In this document: positions 23,146 through 32,651 of the stretch, piece after piece
Layout of the letters: each line of letters opens with the position of its first letter
Position numbering within the stretch: position 1 is the stretch's first letter
From: a phage
Sequence record: PZ445554.1
Length of the DNA stretch: 64,000 nucleotides
Strand: one strand, 5' to 3'
Notes under the pieces: generated by a model
Database searches by the model: none
Seen by the model: the letters and a program-made list of their open reading frames with translations, nothing else
Told to the model about the DNA's origin: nothing
Program-made: the position numbers and the translations under genes

Positions 23146-24261
23146 ATGGAAAAATTTATGGCAGAGTTTGGACAAGGATATGTCCAAACGCCATTTTTAT
23201 CGGAAAGCAATTCAGTAAGATATAAAATAAGCATAGCGGGTTCTTGCCCGCTTTCTACTGCGGGGCCATATGTTAAATTTCAGGATAATCCCGTTGGAAA
23301 TCAAACATTTAGTGCAGGTCTTCATTTAAGAGTTTTTGACCCTTCTACGGGAGCATTAGTTGATAGCAAGTCATATGCTTTTTCTGCTTCAAACAATACA
23401 ACATCTGCCGCTTTTGTCAGTTTCATGAATTCTTTGTCAAACAATAGACTTGTTGCTATATTAACTAGCGGAAAGGTTAATTTTCCTCCTGAAGTGGTAT
23501 CTTGGTTAAGGGGAGCAGGAACTTCAGTTTTTCCATCAGATTCAGTATTGTCAAGATTTGACGTGTCATATGCTGCTTTTTATACTTCTTCTAAAAGAGC
23601 TATTGCATTAGAGCATGTTAAACTAAGTAATAGAAAAAGCACAGATGATTATCAAACTATTTTAGATGTTGTATTTGATAGTTTAGAAGACGTCGGAGCT
23701 ACAGGATTTCCTAAAAGAACATACGAAAGCGTTGAGCAATTTATGTCTGCGGTTGGAGGAACTAATAATGAAATTGCGCGATTGCCAACTTCAGCTGCTA
23801 TAAGTAAACTTTCTGACTACAATTTAATTCCTGGTGATGTTCTTTATCTTAAAGCACAACTATATGCTGATGCTGATTTACTTGATCTTGGAACTACAAA
23901 TATATCTATTCGTTTTTATGATGCATCAAATGGATATATTTCCTCGACCCAAGCTGAGTTTACTGGGCAAGCTGGGTCTTGGGAATTAAAAGAAGATTAT
24001 GTAGTTGTTCCTGAAAATGCAGTAGGATTTACGATATATGCACAAAGAACTGCCCAAGCAGGTCAAGGCGGCATGAGAAATTTAAGCTTTTCTGAAGTAT
24101 CAAGAAATGGCGGCATTTCAAAACCTGCTGAATTTGGCGTCAACGGTATTCGCGTTAATTATGTCTGCGAATCGGCTTCACCTCCAGATATAATGGTACT
24201 TCCTACACAAGCCTCTTCTAAAACTGGCAAAGTGTTTGGGCAAGAATTTAGAGAAGTTTAA
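23146..24261 (+). CDS. 35: long tail fibre hinge protein gp35
   Basis: 371 aa; follows gp34 with SD AAGAGG. Confidence 0.8.
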   Translation: MEKFMAEFGQGYVQTPFLSESNSVRYKISIAGSCPLSTAGPYVKFQDNPVGNQTFSAGLHLRVFDPSTGALVDSKSYAFSASNNTTSAAFVSFMNSLSNNRLVAILTSGKVNFPPEVVSWLRGAGTSVFPSDSVLSRFDVSYAAFYTSSKRAIALEHVKLSNRKSTDDYQTILDVVFDSLEDVGATGFPKRTYESVEQFMSAVGGTNNEIARLPTSAAISKLSDYNLIPGDVLYLKAQLYADADLLDLGTTNISIRFYDASNGYISSTQAEFTGQAGSWELKEDYVVVPENAVGFTIYAQRTAQAGQGGMRNLSFSEVSRNGGISKPAEFGVNGIRVNYVCESASPPDIMVLPTQASSKTGKVFGQEFREV

Positions 24262-24265
24262 ACTG

Positions 24266-24292
24266 AGGGAGCCTTCGGGTTCCCTTTTTCTT
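24266..24292 (+). terminator. rho-independent terminator after gp35
   Basis: Stem GGGAGCC, loop TTCG, stem GGTTCCC (one G-U pair), then TTTTTCTTT. Confidence 0.55.
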
Positions 24293-24300
24293 TATAAATA
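24293..24300 (+). promoter_or_regulatory. late promoter (TATAAATA) for gene 36
   Basis: Exact TATAAATA 23 nt upstream of the gene 36 ATG. Confidence 0.6.
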
Positions 24301-24323
24301 ATATTAAAATAAAGGGGCATATA

Positions 24324-24974
24324 ATGGCTGATTTAAAAGTAGGTTCAACTGTAGGTGGATCTGTCATTTGGCATCAAGGAAATTTTCCATTGAATTCAGC
24401 CGGTGACGATGTACTCTACAAATCATTTAAAATATATTCAGAATATAATAAACCACAGGCAGCTGATAACGATTTCGTTTCTAAAGCTAATGGTGGTACT
24501 TACACCGGTCCAATTACTATTAATTACGGGGTAAATAGTTATCTTCAATTAAGTAATAATGAAACCCCCATTCGAATTCGTTCTGGTGGCGGTACCGGTA
24601 ATACTCTTGTAGTTGGCGGCTCTTCCGGCGGTATTAGTTTTAGACCTGCAGGTAGTGAAATCACTACTGGACAAATTACTATTACACCAGAAGGTTTGAC
24701 AACATTTACCAGGGCTGTAACGGCTCCATCGATAACTGTTACATCTACTCCTTCCGCAGCATCTGATGTTACTCGTAAAGATTATGTTGATGGAGCAATA
24801 AATACTGTTACAGCAAATGCAAACTCTAGGGTATTACGCTCTGGAGACACTATGACAGGAAATTTAACTGCGCCAAACCTTTTTTCACAGAATCCTGCAT
24901 CTCAACCTTCACACGTTCCACGATTTGACCAAATCGTAATTAAGGATTCTGTTCAAGATTTCGGCTATTATTAA
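24324..24974 (+). CDS. 36: long tail fibre distal connector gp36
   Basis: 216 aa; preceded by terminator hairpin and late promoter TATAAATA. Confidence 0.8.
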   Translation: MADLKVGSTVGGSVIWHQGNFPLNSAGDDVLYKSFKIYSEYNKPQAADNDFVSKANGGTYTGPITINYGVNSYLQLSNNETPIRIRSGGGTGNTLVVGGSSGGISFRPAGSEITTGQITITPEGLTTFTRAVTAPSITVTSTPSAASDVTRKDYVDGAINTVTANANSRVLRSGDTMTGNLTAPNLFSQNPASQPSHVPRFDQIVIKDSVQDFGYY

Positions 24975-24982
24975 GAGGACTT

Positions 24983-27967
24983 ATGGCTACTTTAAAACAA
25001 ATACAATTTAAAAGAAGCAAAACTGCAGGTCAACTTCCTGCTGCTTCAGTATTAGCCGAAGGTGAATTGGCTATTAATTTAAAAGATAAAACAATTTTCA
25101 CAAAAGATGACTCAGGCAATGTTATAGAATTAGGTTTAAAATATGGAGGAACAATTGATGGTTCTTTAACTGTTAATGGAAATATAATTGGAAATTTAAC
25201 AGGTAACGCTGCAACTGCAACGAAATTAAAAACAGCACGAAAAATTAATGGTATATCCTTTGATGGGTCAAAAGATATCACGCTAACTCCATCTGACATA
25301 AATGTCAATAGCACAACGTTTATAAAAAATAATGGCGAATTACCTGTTGATGCTAATTTAGATACGTATGGGCCTGTTGAAGAATATCTTGGAGTTTGGT
25401 CGAAAGCAACTTCAACCAACGCTCAACCAGCAAATAAATTTCCAGAAGAAAATGCTGTAGGTGTGCTAGAAGTATTTGTGGCCGGTCAATTTGCTGGTAC
25501 TCAGAGATATACAACTAGATACGGAAATGTTTATATTCGTTCCTTGACTGCTACATGGAACGGAGTAAATGGTCCGTGGAGTGTGTGGCGAAATATTCAA
25601 TCCGGTACTCGTCCACTGTCAACAACAATTGATCTTAATGATCTAGGAGGCGCTGAACACTTTGGTTTGTGGCGAAATAGTTCAAATTCCATTGCTACCT
25701 TTGACAGAAATTTCCCAGAAGAGGGGTCGTCAGCTCAAGGTCTTTTGGAAGTATATGAAGGTGGAAACTATTCTCGTACACAAAGATATACAACCAGATT
25801 TGGTGTTGTATATACTCGTTGTCTTGCTGCCGCATGGGATGCTTCCGCGCCTAAATGGGGACCGTGGCAACAAGTCGGTAATGTCACACCAGCGACTTTC
25901 TATGACGGAGATCTGAATGATTTTAAAACCCCTGGGTTATATAATATTTTAGGCACTGATGCCGTTATTAACTGTCCTACAGGTGAAGGTTTGCCGACTG
26001 TTATTGTTGGTTTGCTGGAAGTTAAACAACGTGCTTCTGGCGGTGCTATTTTCCAAAAATTTACTACTGCCGGAACGGGTGCAACTACTCGCGATCGTAT
26101 TTTTGAGCGTGCATATACTGGTGGTGTGTGGGGTGCATGGAACGAAGTATATACATCTTACTCTCTGCCAATTACTTTAGGTATGGGTGGTATTAAAACT
26201 CAATTAGCGGAGCTAGATTGGCAAACATTTGATTTTGTTCCTGGTAGTATGTTTAGCGTTCCTTTGAACAAAATAAAGAACATGCCAGCTAATATGAATT
26301 GGGGCACGATTGACGGAAACTTAATTATGTTTTCTGTTGGTCCTAGCGAGCACACCAGCACAGGACGTACTGTTCAGGTTTGGCGTGGTACTGTATCCCA
26401 GACAAACTACCGTTATTTTGTCGTTCGTGTGTTCGGTAATTCTGGAAATAGAACTTGTACAGTTCGCCGTGTTGTTCTTGAAGATGGTCGCCACACATGG
26501 ACAGCTCAACAAGATTTTAATGGTGCTGTTAACTTCGGTGCTCCTACCAATTTTAACTCTACTGTTAACCTTAATAACACTACCACATTTAAAACAGAAG
26601 TTAAATTTCGCTCATTGAATGCATTCCGTATGTATGGCGGAAAATTTGGTACATTTTTACGTAATGATGGAGAGAGTCTTTATATTCTTTCCACCGACGA
26701 AGATGATCAAGATGGAAACTTTAATACAAATAGACCTTTCCGTTATGAATTAAGAACTGGTGATGTTACTTTGGGTGGTGCTAGTGGTGCTAACGTTTTA
26801 AAATTAAAACGTGATTCTCTCACCGCATTTTTTGGCGGTGATATTAACATTAAAGGCACGATGACTTTTGACGCCGGACGTTTAGGATCACGAGATTATT
26901 TTAAATTTAACCATTGGGGTGATAGTAATAATGCGCGTGATAACATTATTCAGTTAGAAGACAGCAAAGGCGCTCATTTTTCCACTGAACGTACTTTAGC
27001 GACTGGTGCAATTAAGACTAAATTTTTTGGTGAAATTGAATCCGATGGTAAATTGGTTATTAAACGTCCGGGTGATTCTATTGTATTATCAACAACTGCT
27101 AGTAATTCTTTGCATATTCGTGGTGACATAGACGGGACTGGTAACTGGTATATTGGTAAGGGTGGTGCTGATAATGGATTAGCGTTATATAGTTATGCTA
27201 CTAATGCTGGTGTATACATTACAAACGCAGGAGATATCACGCTAAGTCCAAAAGGCGTCGAAATGGCCCATGTCAATAACGTTCGATTATATGTTCATGG
27301 TGAACGTTGGACTGCTAGTCAACCAGGTGATTGGGGTAGTCAGTGGCAAGTGGAAGCGCCAATATTCGTCGATCATGGTTATGTTTCACAGGATTGTTAT
27401 TATCCAATTATTAAAGGAAGAAGTGTAATCACCAATCAAGGGTTTGTAACTGCCGTCGATCTTGGTATTCGTCGTGTCAATAACAATTGGGGACAAGCAA
27501 TTATTCGTGTTGGATCTGCGGAGGCATCGCCAGCGGCTGGACACCCTAACGCGGTATTTGAATTTCATTACGACGGTACTTTCTATTCTCCTGGTAATGG
27601 TAACTTTAGCGATGTGTATATTCGTTCCGATGGTCGTCTTAAGATTAATAAAAAAGAGCTAGAAAACGGAGCACTTGAAAAAGTATGCCGACTGAAAGTT
27701 TATACATACGATAAGGTTAAGTCTATTAAAGATCGTAGTGTTATTAAACGTGAAGTTGGTATTATTGCTCAGGATCTTGAAAAAGAATTACCGGAAGCTG
27801 TGTCTAAAGTTGAAGTTGATGGATCTGATGTTCTGACAATTTCTAACTCCGCTGTGAATGCTCTTTTAATTAAGGCTATCCAAGAAATGAGCGAAGAAAT
27901 TAAAGAATTAAAAACGCCTTTCTTCACTAAAATTGCTCGCAAAATTAGTAAATATTTTAAATTCTAA
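24983..27967 (+). CDS. 37: long tail fibre distal subunit gp37
   Basis: 994 aa; three tandem repeated modules; C-terminal intramolecular-chaperone-like domain. Confidence 0.85.
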   Translation: MATLKQIQFKRSKTAGQLPAASVLAEGELAINLKDKTIFTKDDSGNVIELGLKYGGTIDGSLTVNGNIIGNLTGNAATATKLKTARKINGISFDGSKDITLTPSDINVNSTTFIKNNGELPVDANLDTYGPVEEYLGVWSKATSTNAQPANKFPEENAVGVLEVFVAGQFAGTQRYTTRYGNVYIRSLTATWNGVNGPWSVWRNIQSGTRPLSTTIDLNDLGGAEHFGLWRNSSNSIATFDRNFPEEGSSAQGLLEVYEGGNYSRTQRYTTRFGVVYTRCLAAAWDASAPKWGPWQQVGNVTPATFYDGDLNDFKTPGLYNILGTDAVINCPTGEGLPTVIVGLLEVKQRASGGAIFQKFTTAGTGATTRDRIFERAYTGGVWGAWNEVYTSYSLPITLGMGGIKTQLAELDWQTFDFVPGSMFSVPLNKIKNMPANMNWGTIDGNLIMFSVGPSEHTSTGRTVQVWRGTVSQTNYRYFVVRVFGNSGNRTCTVRRVVLEDGRHTWTAQQDFNGAVNFGAPTNFNSTVNLNNTTTFKTEVKFRSLNAFRMYGGKFGTFLRNDGESLYILSTDEDDQDGNFNTNRPFRYELRTGDVTLGGASGANVLKLKRDSLTAFFGGDINIKGTMTFDAGRLGSRDYFKFNHWGDSNNARDNIIQLEDSKGAHFSTERTLATGAIKTKFFGEIESDGKLVIKRPGDSIVLSTTASNSLHIRGDIDGTGNWYIGKGGADNGLALYSYATNAGVYITNAGDITLSPKGVEMAHVNNVRLYVHGERWTASQPGDWGSQWQVEAPIFVDHGYVSQDCYYPIIKGRSVITNQGFVTAVDLGIRRVNNNWGQAIIRVGSAEASPAAGHPNAVFEFHYDGTFYSPGNGNFSDVYIRSDGRLKINKKELENGALEKVCRLKVYTYDKVKSIKDRSVIKREVGIIAQDLEKELPEAVSKVEVDGSDVLTISNSAVNALLIKAIQEMSEEIKELKTPFFTKIARKISKYFKF
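27604..27964 (+). other. C-terminal intramolecular chaperone / self-cleaving domain of gp37 (peptidase S74-like)
   Basis: Motif ...[18 protein letters not shown]...[12 protein letters not shown]... resembles auto-processing chaperone domains of tail fibres and endosialidases. Confidence 0.5.
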
Positions 27968-28001
27968 CAACAAGGGGCAACGCCCCCTTTGGAGATAAAT
28001 T

Positions 28002-28802
28002 ATGGCAGTAGTTGGTGTTCCTGGTTGGATTGGTAGTTCATCCGTAAATGAAACAGGACAACGATGGATGAGTCAAGCGGCTGGTCAATTAAGATTGGGT
28101 GTTCCTTGCTGGATGAGTCAATTTGCAGGTCGCTCACGAGAAATTATTCATACACTTGGAGCAGACCATAACTTCAATGGTCAATGGTTCCGAGATAGAT
28201 GTTTTGAGGCCGGTAGTGCACCTATAGTGTTTAATATTACAGGTGATTTAGTATCATATTCTAAAGATGTTCCTTTATTCTTCATGTACGGGGATACGCC
28301 TAATGAATATGTTGTTCTTAATATTCATGGTGGTGTTCATATGTGGGGTCGTGGTGGTAATGGTGGATACACTCACTCGGGAGGCGACGGTAACGGTACA
28401 CAAGGCGGTCATGTTATTCAAAATGATATCGGTGGACGGCTTCGTATTTGGAACTACGGTGTTATAGCTGCTGGCGGTGGCGGCGGTGGTGGTATTGCAT
28501 ATCGTCCACACTCAGGGGCAAAATGGCAAGATATCGGTGGCGGTGGTGGTCGACCTTTCGGTGGCGCTGGCGGTGGCGGTTATTCCGGTGGTGCTGCTTC
28601 GTATGAAGGTCCGGGTGGTGGTTATGACTATGGTAACGCACACTCCGGCGCTGGTGGTAATGCTGGTGCTGCTGGTCAGAATGCATGGTCTGACGGCGGT
28701 AAAGTTCTTAAAGTTGGTGTTGGTGGTGCGTCTGGTCATGCAGTGTTTGGATCTTCTCCAACTTGGGGTGTTGTTGGAACAATTTACGGACCAAGAGTAT
28801 AA
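28002..28802 (+). CDS. 38: receptor-recognising tail fibre tip adhesin gp38 (T2-type, glycine-rich motifs)
   Basis: 266 aa with poly-Gly motifs (GGGGGGG) separated by variable segments; directly follows gp37. Confidence 0.75.
   Translation: MAVVGVPGWIGSSSVNETGQRWMSQAAGQLRLGVPCWMSQFAGRSREIIHTLGADHNFNGQWFRDRCFEAGSAPIVFNITGDLVSYSKDVPLFFMYGDTPNEYVVLNIHGGVHMWGRGGNGGYTHSGGDGNGTQGGHVIQNDIGGRLRIWNYGVIAAGGGGGGGIAYRPHSGAKWQDIGGGGGRPFGGAGGGGYSGGAASYEGPGGGYDYGNAHSGAGGNAGAAGQNAWSDGGKVLKVGVGGASGHAVFGSSPTWGVVGTIYGPRV
28380..28700 (+). repeat. glycine-codon repeats (GGT/GGC runs) encoding the gp38 glycine-rich motifs
   Basis: Low-complexity G-rich coding DNA; it produces spurious alternative-frame ORFs in the track. 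Confidence 0.7.
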
Positions 28803-28832
28803 TGTGAATAAATACCCTTAAAAGGAGGGTCT

Positions 28833-29489
28833 ATGGCAGCACCTAGAATATCATTTTCGCCCTCTGATATTCTATTTGGTGTTCTAGATCGCTTGTTCAA
28901 AGATAATGCTACCGGGAAAGTTCTTGCTTCCCGGGTAGCTGTCGTAATTCTTTTGTTTATAATGGCGATTGTATGGTATAGGGGAGATAGTTTCTTTGAG
29001 TACTATAAGCAATCAAAGTATGAAACATACAGTGAAATTATTGAAAAGGAAAGAAATGCACGCTTTGAATCTGTCGCCCTGGAACAACTCCAGATAGTTC
29101 ATATATCATCTGAGGCAGACTTTAGTGCGGTGTATTCTTTCCGCCCTAAAAACTTAAACTATTTTGTTGATATTATAGCATATGAAGGAAGATTACCTTC
29201 AACAATAACTGAAAAATCACTTGGAGGATATCCTGTTGATAAAACTATGGATGAATATACAGTTCATTTAAATGGACGTCATTATTATTCCAACTCAAAA
29301 TTTGCTTTTTTACCAACTAAAAAGCCTACTCCCGAAATAAACTACATGTACAGTTGTCCATATTTTAATTTGGATAATATCTATGCTGGAACGATAACCA
29401 TGTACTGGTATAGAAATGATCATATAAGTAATGACCGCCTTGAATCAATATGTGCTCAGGCGGCCAGAATATTAGGAAGGGCTAAATAA
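28833..29489 (+). CDS. t: holin T
   Basis: 218 aa, single N-terminal TM helix and large periplasmic domain; sequence recognised as T4 holin. Confidence 0.9.
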   Translation: MAAPRISFSPSDILFGVLDRLFKDNATGKVLASRVAVVILLFIMAIVWYRGDSFFEYYKQSKYETYSEIIEKERNARFESVALEQLQIVHISSEADFSAVYSFRPKNLNYFVDIIAYEGRLPSTITEKSLGGYPVDKTMDEYTVHLNGRHYYSNSKFAFLPTKKPTPEINYMYSCPYFNLDNIYAGTITMYWYRNDHISNDRLESICAQAARILGRAK

Positions 29490-29762
29490 TTATTTGTTCG
29501 TATACATCTCTAGATATCGATATACACCCTCAAAACCCTCGTTGAATTCGTCGATGAGGGTTTTCTTATCTTCTTGAGTTAATTCAGAAACAATTTTACG
29601 GAATGAATTCTGATTTAACTTTCTACCTTCATGTGTTACTCCAATCTCATTCAGAAATGCAATAAAATTAGCACGATTCTCAACAATATCTTCTCTGGAA
29701 AATTTAATCAAAATAGACGCAACAGTAATAATTTCACGAACTGTATCAATATTTTTATTCAT
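29490..29762 (-). CDS. asiA: anti-sigma-70 factor AsiA
   Basis: 90 aa, sequence recognised as T4 AsiA (MNKNIDTVREIITVASILIKF...). Confidence 0.9.
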   Translation of the reverse strand: MNKNIDTVREIITVASILIKFSREDIVENRANFIAFLNEIGVTHEGRKLNQNSFRKIVSELTQEDKKTLIDEFNEGFEGVYRYLEMYTNK

Positions 29763-29774
29763 TAACTATACCAC

Positions 29775-29927
29775 TCAATTAGTTGACTTTGTTATAATAT
29801 CATCAGACGCTTGATTTGTAAACTGGTCTGTGTTATTTTCTTCAAAAATTTTTTCTACGAATTCTTTGAACGACTCACGTTCCTGAGTTACATTGTGCTC
29901 GATTACCATTTCAAGATTATAACTCAT
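29775..29927 (-). CDS. small ORF, about 50 aa (absent from track)
   Basis: ATG overlaps arn stop (ATGA); an early-promoter motif sits in its 3' end. Confidence 0.25.
   Translation of the reverse strand: MSYNLEMVIEHNVTQERESFKEFVEKIFEENNTDQFTNQASDDIITKSTN
29790..29823 (-). promoter_or_regulatory. T4 early-type promoter for asiA
   Basis: GTTTAC-17 bp-ATATTATAAC. Confidence 0.45.
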
Positions 29928-30202
29928 TCGAAATAATCTTCAATTTCGTAATCATGGACATAAATCATTATAGTTTCTAATACATCATCAATACTTTTTC
30001 CTGGAGCTGGAATTACGTAAAAATATCCTGCTTTTGAGAGGTCTTTATAAGTTCCAACCAAGAAATCATTATTCTCAAGATGTAGTTCTTCAACTAATTC
30101 ATTAACAATTAAGTGGTATAAATTTGGTAGAAACTTATATAGCTTTTCTAGAATATCAATTTTGATTGTGTATTGAACCACAGATTGAGAATCAATAATC
30201 AT
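29924..30202 (-). CDS. arn: anti-restriction nuclease Arn (McrBC inhibitor) candidate
   Basis: 92 aa acidic protein, length and position next to asiA match T4 Arn. Confidence 0.6.
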   Translation of the reverse strand: MIIDSQSVVQYTIKIDILEKLYKFLPNLYHLIVNELVEELHLENNDFLVGTYKDLSKAGYFYVIPAPGKSIDDVLETIMIYVHDYEIEDYFE

Positions 30203-30285
30203 AGACCTTCCCCTTATGTTTCTGTTTGCGATTAGATTCTTTAAACGCTTTCTTCTTATCCTTATGAACAGAAGCTTTATTAAAA

Positions 30286-30504
30286 TTATGCTTTGCGACT
30301 AAATTGTTCATAGTGCTGAATTACCTCTCTTAAACATTTGCATGTGAATGAAAACTTTTTAGCTACACCACATTCAAATATATGTTCTCTTAAATCACGT
30401 GTGTCAGTATATCCCATCTCAACAATAAAATGCCGTATTAGATTTTTATCTTTATCGTTGAGAGAATTAAAATAATCGGATTTTGAATTAATTTCCCTGG
30501 CCAA
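30286..30504 (-). CDS. hypothetical protein, 72 aa (TTG start)
   Basis: ORF track; SD AGGTGA upstream of TTG. Confidence 0.3.
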   Translation of the reverse strand: MAREINSKSDYFNSLNDKDKNLIRHFIVEMGYTDTRDLREHIFECGVAKKFSFTCKCLREVIQHYEQFSRKA

Positions 30505-30784
30505 ATTGAATCACCTTCAGTTGACGTTTTAGCTCTTTTATCATCTCTTCGTTCATCGCAATATAAAGATCGCGTAAAGCAGGTTTTATCATTCCATTTA
30601 TTGGGGAACTAAATGGGCATACATAATCTTTTCCTACGAGCTTTTTAGTGAATTCCATATCACAAAACTGAAATGCAGGTTCATTAGCATAAATTCCCCA
30701 ATTGGTTGACATCATTTTATTGGCATATTCCAATGCTTGGATTTGATTAGTAATTCCATCAATTTGAAACTTTTTAATATTCAT
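30488..30784 (-). CDS. hypothetical protein, 98 aa
   Basis: ORF track, ATG start. Confidence 0.45.
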   Translation of the reverse strand: MNIKKFQIDGITNQIQALEYANKMMSTNWGIYANEPAFQFCDMEFTKKLVGKDYVCPFSSPINGMIKPALRDLYIAMNEEMIKELKRQLKVIQFGQGN

Positions 30785-31251
30785 TAGTAAAGGTCCTCGG
30801 AGTAAAGTTCTTTTTCACTACCACCACGTTCAATACGCACTTGTCCAGCGTAAGTTGCAATAATCATTGCTTCTTCACGTGTCCAGTAATTGCTATACTG
30901 GTCAATAAATCCTTGGTCTTCACCACAAACATGGTCTGATACAAGTTTATCACTTACCTGGTCAAGAACTTCAGCCATATCTTTAGAATAATGACGAGCA
31001 CCAGGAATAACCAGAGTCCCACCATCTTTTAACTTAAAGCGGTTGGCTGCACACACAATTCGACGTTGATATTTTTCATTATTGTTCCAATGAGCTACTT
31101 GCCAACAGATTTCAGGAACCTCTTCTAAAACATCCTCTTCCGTATATTCGGTGTAGTCGCCATAGGCCTGTAATTTAGCTGCTAGACTTTCTGGAGTTTC
31201 ACGTAATAAAGCCAGGTCTAATAATTCAAGACGCTCTTTGAAGGTTTTCAT
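30784..31251 (-). CDS. hypothetical protein, 155 aa
   Basis: ORF track, ATG start. Confidence 0.5.
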   Translation of the reverse strand: MKTFKERLELLDLALLRETPESLAAKLQAYGDYTEYTEEDVLEEVPEICWQVAHWNNNEKYQRRIVCAANRFKLKDGGTLVIPGARHYSKDMAEVLDQVSDKLVSDHVCGEDQGFIDQYSNYWTREEAMIIATYAGQVRIERGGSEKELYSEDLY

Positions 31252-31403
31252 TTGGTTTCCTCAACACTTTTAATTTTTATAGCTTGTTTAGAACTTTCAA
31301 AGCATTGACAATATACTCTTACCGCATCAAACTGGTTGGCCGCTTTAAGATGGACTACACCTTCGCCGTTATAAAATTCTACAACAATTTTAAATGTTTT
31401 CAT
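31248..31403 (-). CDS. small ORF, about 51 aa (absent from track)
   Basis: ATGA overlaps at both ends with neighbouring genes. Confidence 0.3.
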   Translation of the reverse strand: MKTFKIVVEFYNGEGVVHLKAANQFDAVRVYCQCFESSKQAIKIKSVEETK

Positions 31404-31729
31404 TTAAACCATCCTTTAATACGTTGCCATAAAGTTTTCTGTTGAGCTTTGTTAACACCAATTGAGCGAATAACTGGTTGAGATTCATGGAATTCTTTAT
31501 AATCAGCAAGGTAAATTTCGTAAGCTGAATCCATAAAGGAACTTATAGCTGCCATGAAATTATTGCGAATACCTACTGGAGCATCTTTACTTTCACGAAT
31601 AATCATGTATTTACCAGTCTTAATCTTTACAATAGTTCCAAGATAAGCCCCATGGTACCAGATGTCCCATCCCTCTTGAGTGGGTTCTGCGCAACGACGA
31701 AGTTCATTAATAATTTCTAACTTGTTCAT
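31400..31729 (-). CDS. hypothetical protein, 109 aa
   Basis: ORF track. Confidence 0.5.
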   Translation of the reverse strand: MNKLEIINELRRCAEPTQEGWDIWYHGAYLGTIVKIKTGKYMIIRESKDAPVGIRNNFMAAISSFMDSAYEIYLADYKEFHESQPVIRSIGVNKAQQKTLWQRIKGWFK

Positions 31730-31739
31730 TATTTATTCC

Positions 31740-32375
31740 TCACAGTTCAGACGCTACGGTGATTACTGCTTCAATGTTTTCTGCCGAGCGTTTAATGTCA
31801 AGATACACATTACCGTTTTTAGCGATTTTACATGACATTCCGATATCAGTAAATTTCTGAATATGATGTTCCATCATTTTGTATCCAAAAATTCGCATAT
31901 TTCCATTGTTGTTAATTTCAAAATTACGAATTCCGTGAGTGCGTTTTTCTAAAATAGCGAGATAGTTACTGCGGTAAGTTTCAACCTTTTTAAGAACAAA
32001 TCCATTTTCATCTAAAAGTTTTAACATGAAGTCTTTATCTTCTTCCATATCAGAAGTAATTTCGCGAGCTTTACGAGTTGCTCGTTTTTTCAGCAGTTCC
32101 GGAGCGTTTTCCTGTGCGTATAAAGTTGCTGCATTTGAAATAATATCCTGAGCTTCACCTGTAATGATTAATCCATCACCAGATTTCTCCACCAGGCCTT
32201 TTTTAATCAATACCCCAATATTACTATTAACTACTGCGTTACCTAAATCTGGATGCACCTCACGAACTTCTGCAGCTGTAATGAAATCTTTCTTAGCAAT
32301 GGTAATTAAAATCGCAGCAGTTTTTTCATTCAGAACATCGTTAGAAGCTTTGATGATGTAAGTTACTTTAGACAT
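31740..32375 (-). CDS. motA: middle-promoter transcription activator MotA
   Basis: 211 aa, sequence recognised as T4 MotA; early promoter and terminator upstream. Confidence 0.9.
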   Translation of the reverse strand: MSKVTYIIKASNDVLNEKTAAILITIAKKDFITAAEVREVHPDLGNAVVNSNIGVLIKKGLVEKSGDGLIITGEAQDIISNAATLYAQENAPELLKKRATRKAREITSDMEEDKDFMLKLLDENGFVLKKVETYRSNYLAILEKRTHGIRNFEINNNGNMRIFGYKMMEHHIQKFTDIGMSCKIAKNGNVYLDIKRSAENIEAVITVASEL

Positions 32376-32409
32376 TTTCTAATCTCCGTAATTCTGTATC
32401 AGTAGTTGA

Positions 32410-32446
32410 TAGTTGTATAGTACCACAGTATGCTTTGGTTGTAAAC
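32410..32446 (-). promoter_or_regulatory. T4 early-type promoter (cassette copy) for motA
   Basis: GTTTAC-18 bp-TGTGGTACTATAC. Confidence 0.5.
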
Positions 32447-32465
32447 CGTTTTGTGAAAAAATTTT

Positions 32466-32496
32466 TAAAATAAAAAGGGAGAGCCGAGGCTCTCCC
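32466..32496 (-). terminator. rho-independent terminator
   Basis: Stem GGGAGAGCC / GGCTCTCCC, then U-run on the minus-strand transcript. Confidence 0.55.
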
Positions 32497-32501
32497 TAAA
32501 A

Positions 32502-32651
32502 TTACTGCATGACTGTGATAACTGTCATGATAACACGTTGAATTCCGAACGCAAGAAGACCTCCTGCTACGGCTGGAACAACGCCTAAACCCGTCAGTAA
32601 AATGCTACCAGATACTAATGCAGCGCTTGTAATACCAATGAATGGACTCAT
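32502..32651 (-). CDS. small hydrophobic membrane protein, 49 aa (absent from track)
   Basis: SD GAGGAAA; ATG overlaps gene 52 stop; MSPFIGITSAALVSGSILLTG... Confidence 0.35.
   Translation of the reverse strand: MSPFIGITSAALVSGSILLTGLGVVPAVAGGLLAFGIQRVIMTVITVMQ

Noticed and set aside
28380-28700. Possible CRISPR array or other tandem repeat array
   Set aside because: The only periodic repeats are glycine codons inside gp38 and peptide-motif repeats inside gp34/gp37; no repeat-spacer architecture is present anywhere in the window.
28275-28821. Track ORFs 28275-28511(-), 28462-28686(-), 28477-28821(+), 28512-28739(-) and 28267-28467(+), with His/Arg- or Thr-rich products
   Set aside because: They lie in alternative frames of the glycine-codon repeat region of gp38; the low-complexity GGT/GGC DNA leaves open frames on both strands by chance.
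28803-28832. Late promoter for holin t (GAATAAATA at about 28806-28814)
   Set aside because: It deviates from the strict TATAAATA consensus at the first position; kept as a note only.
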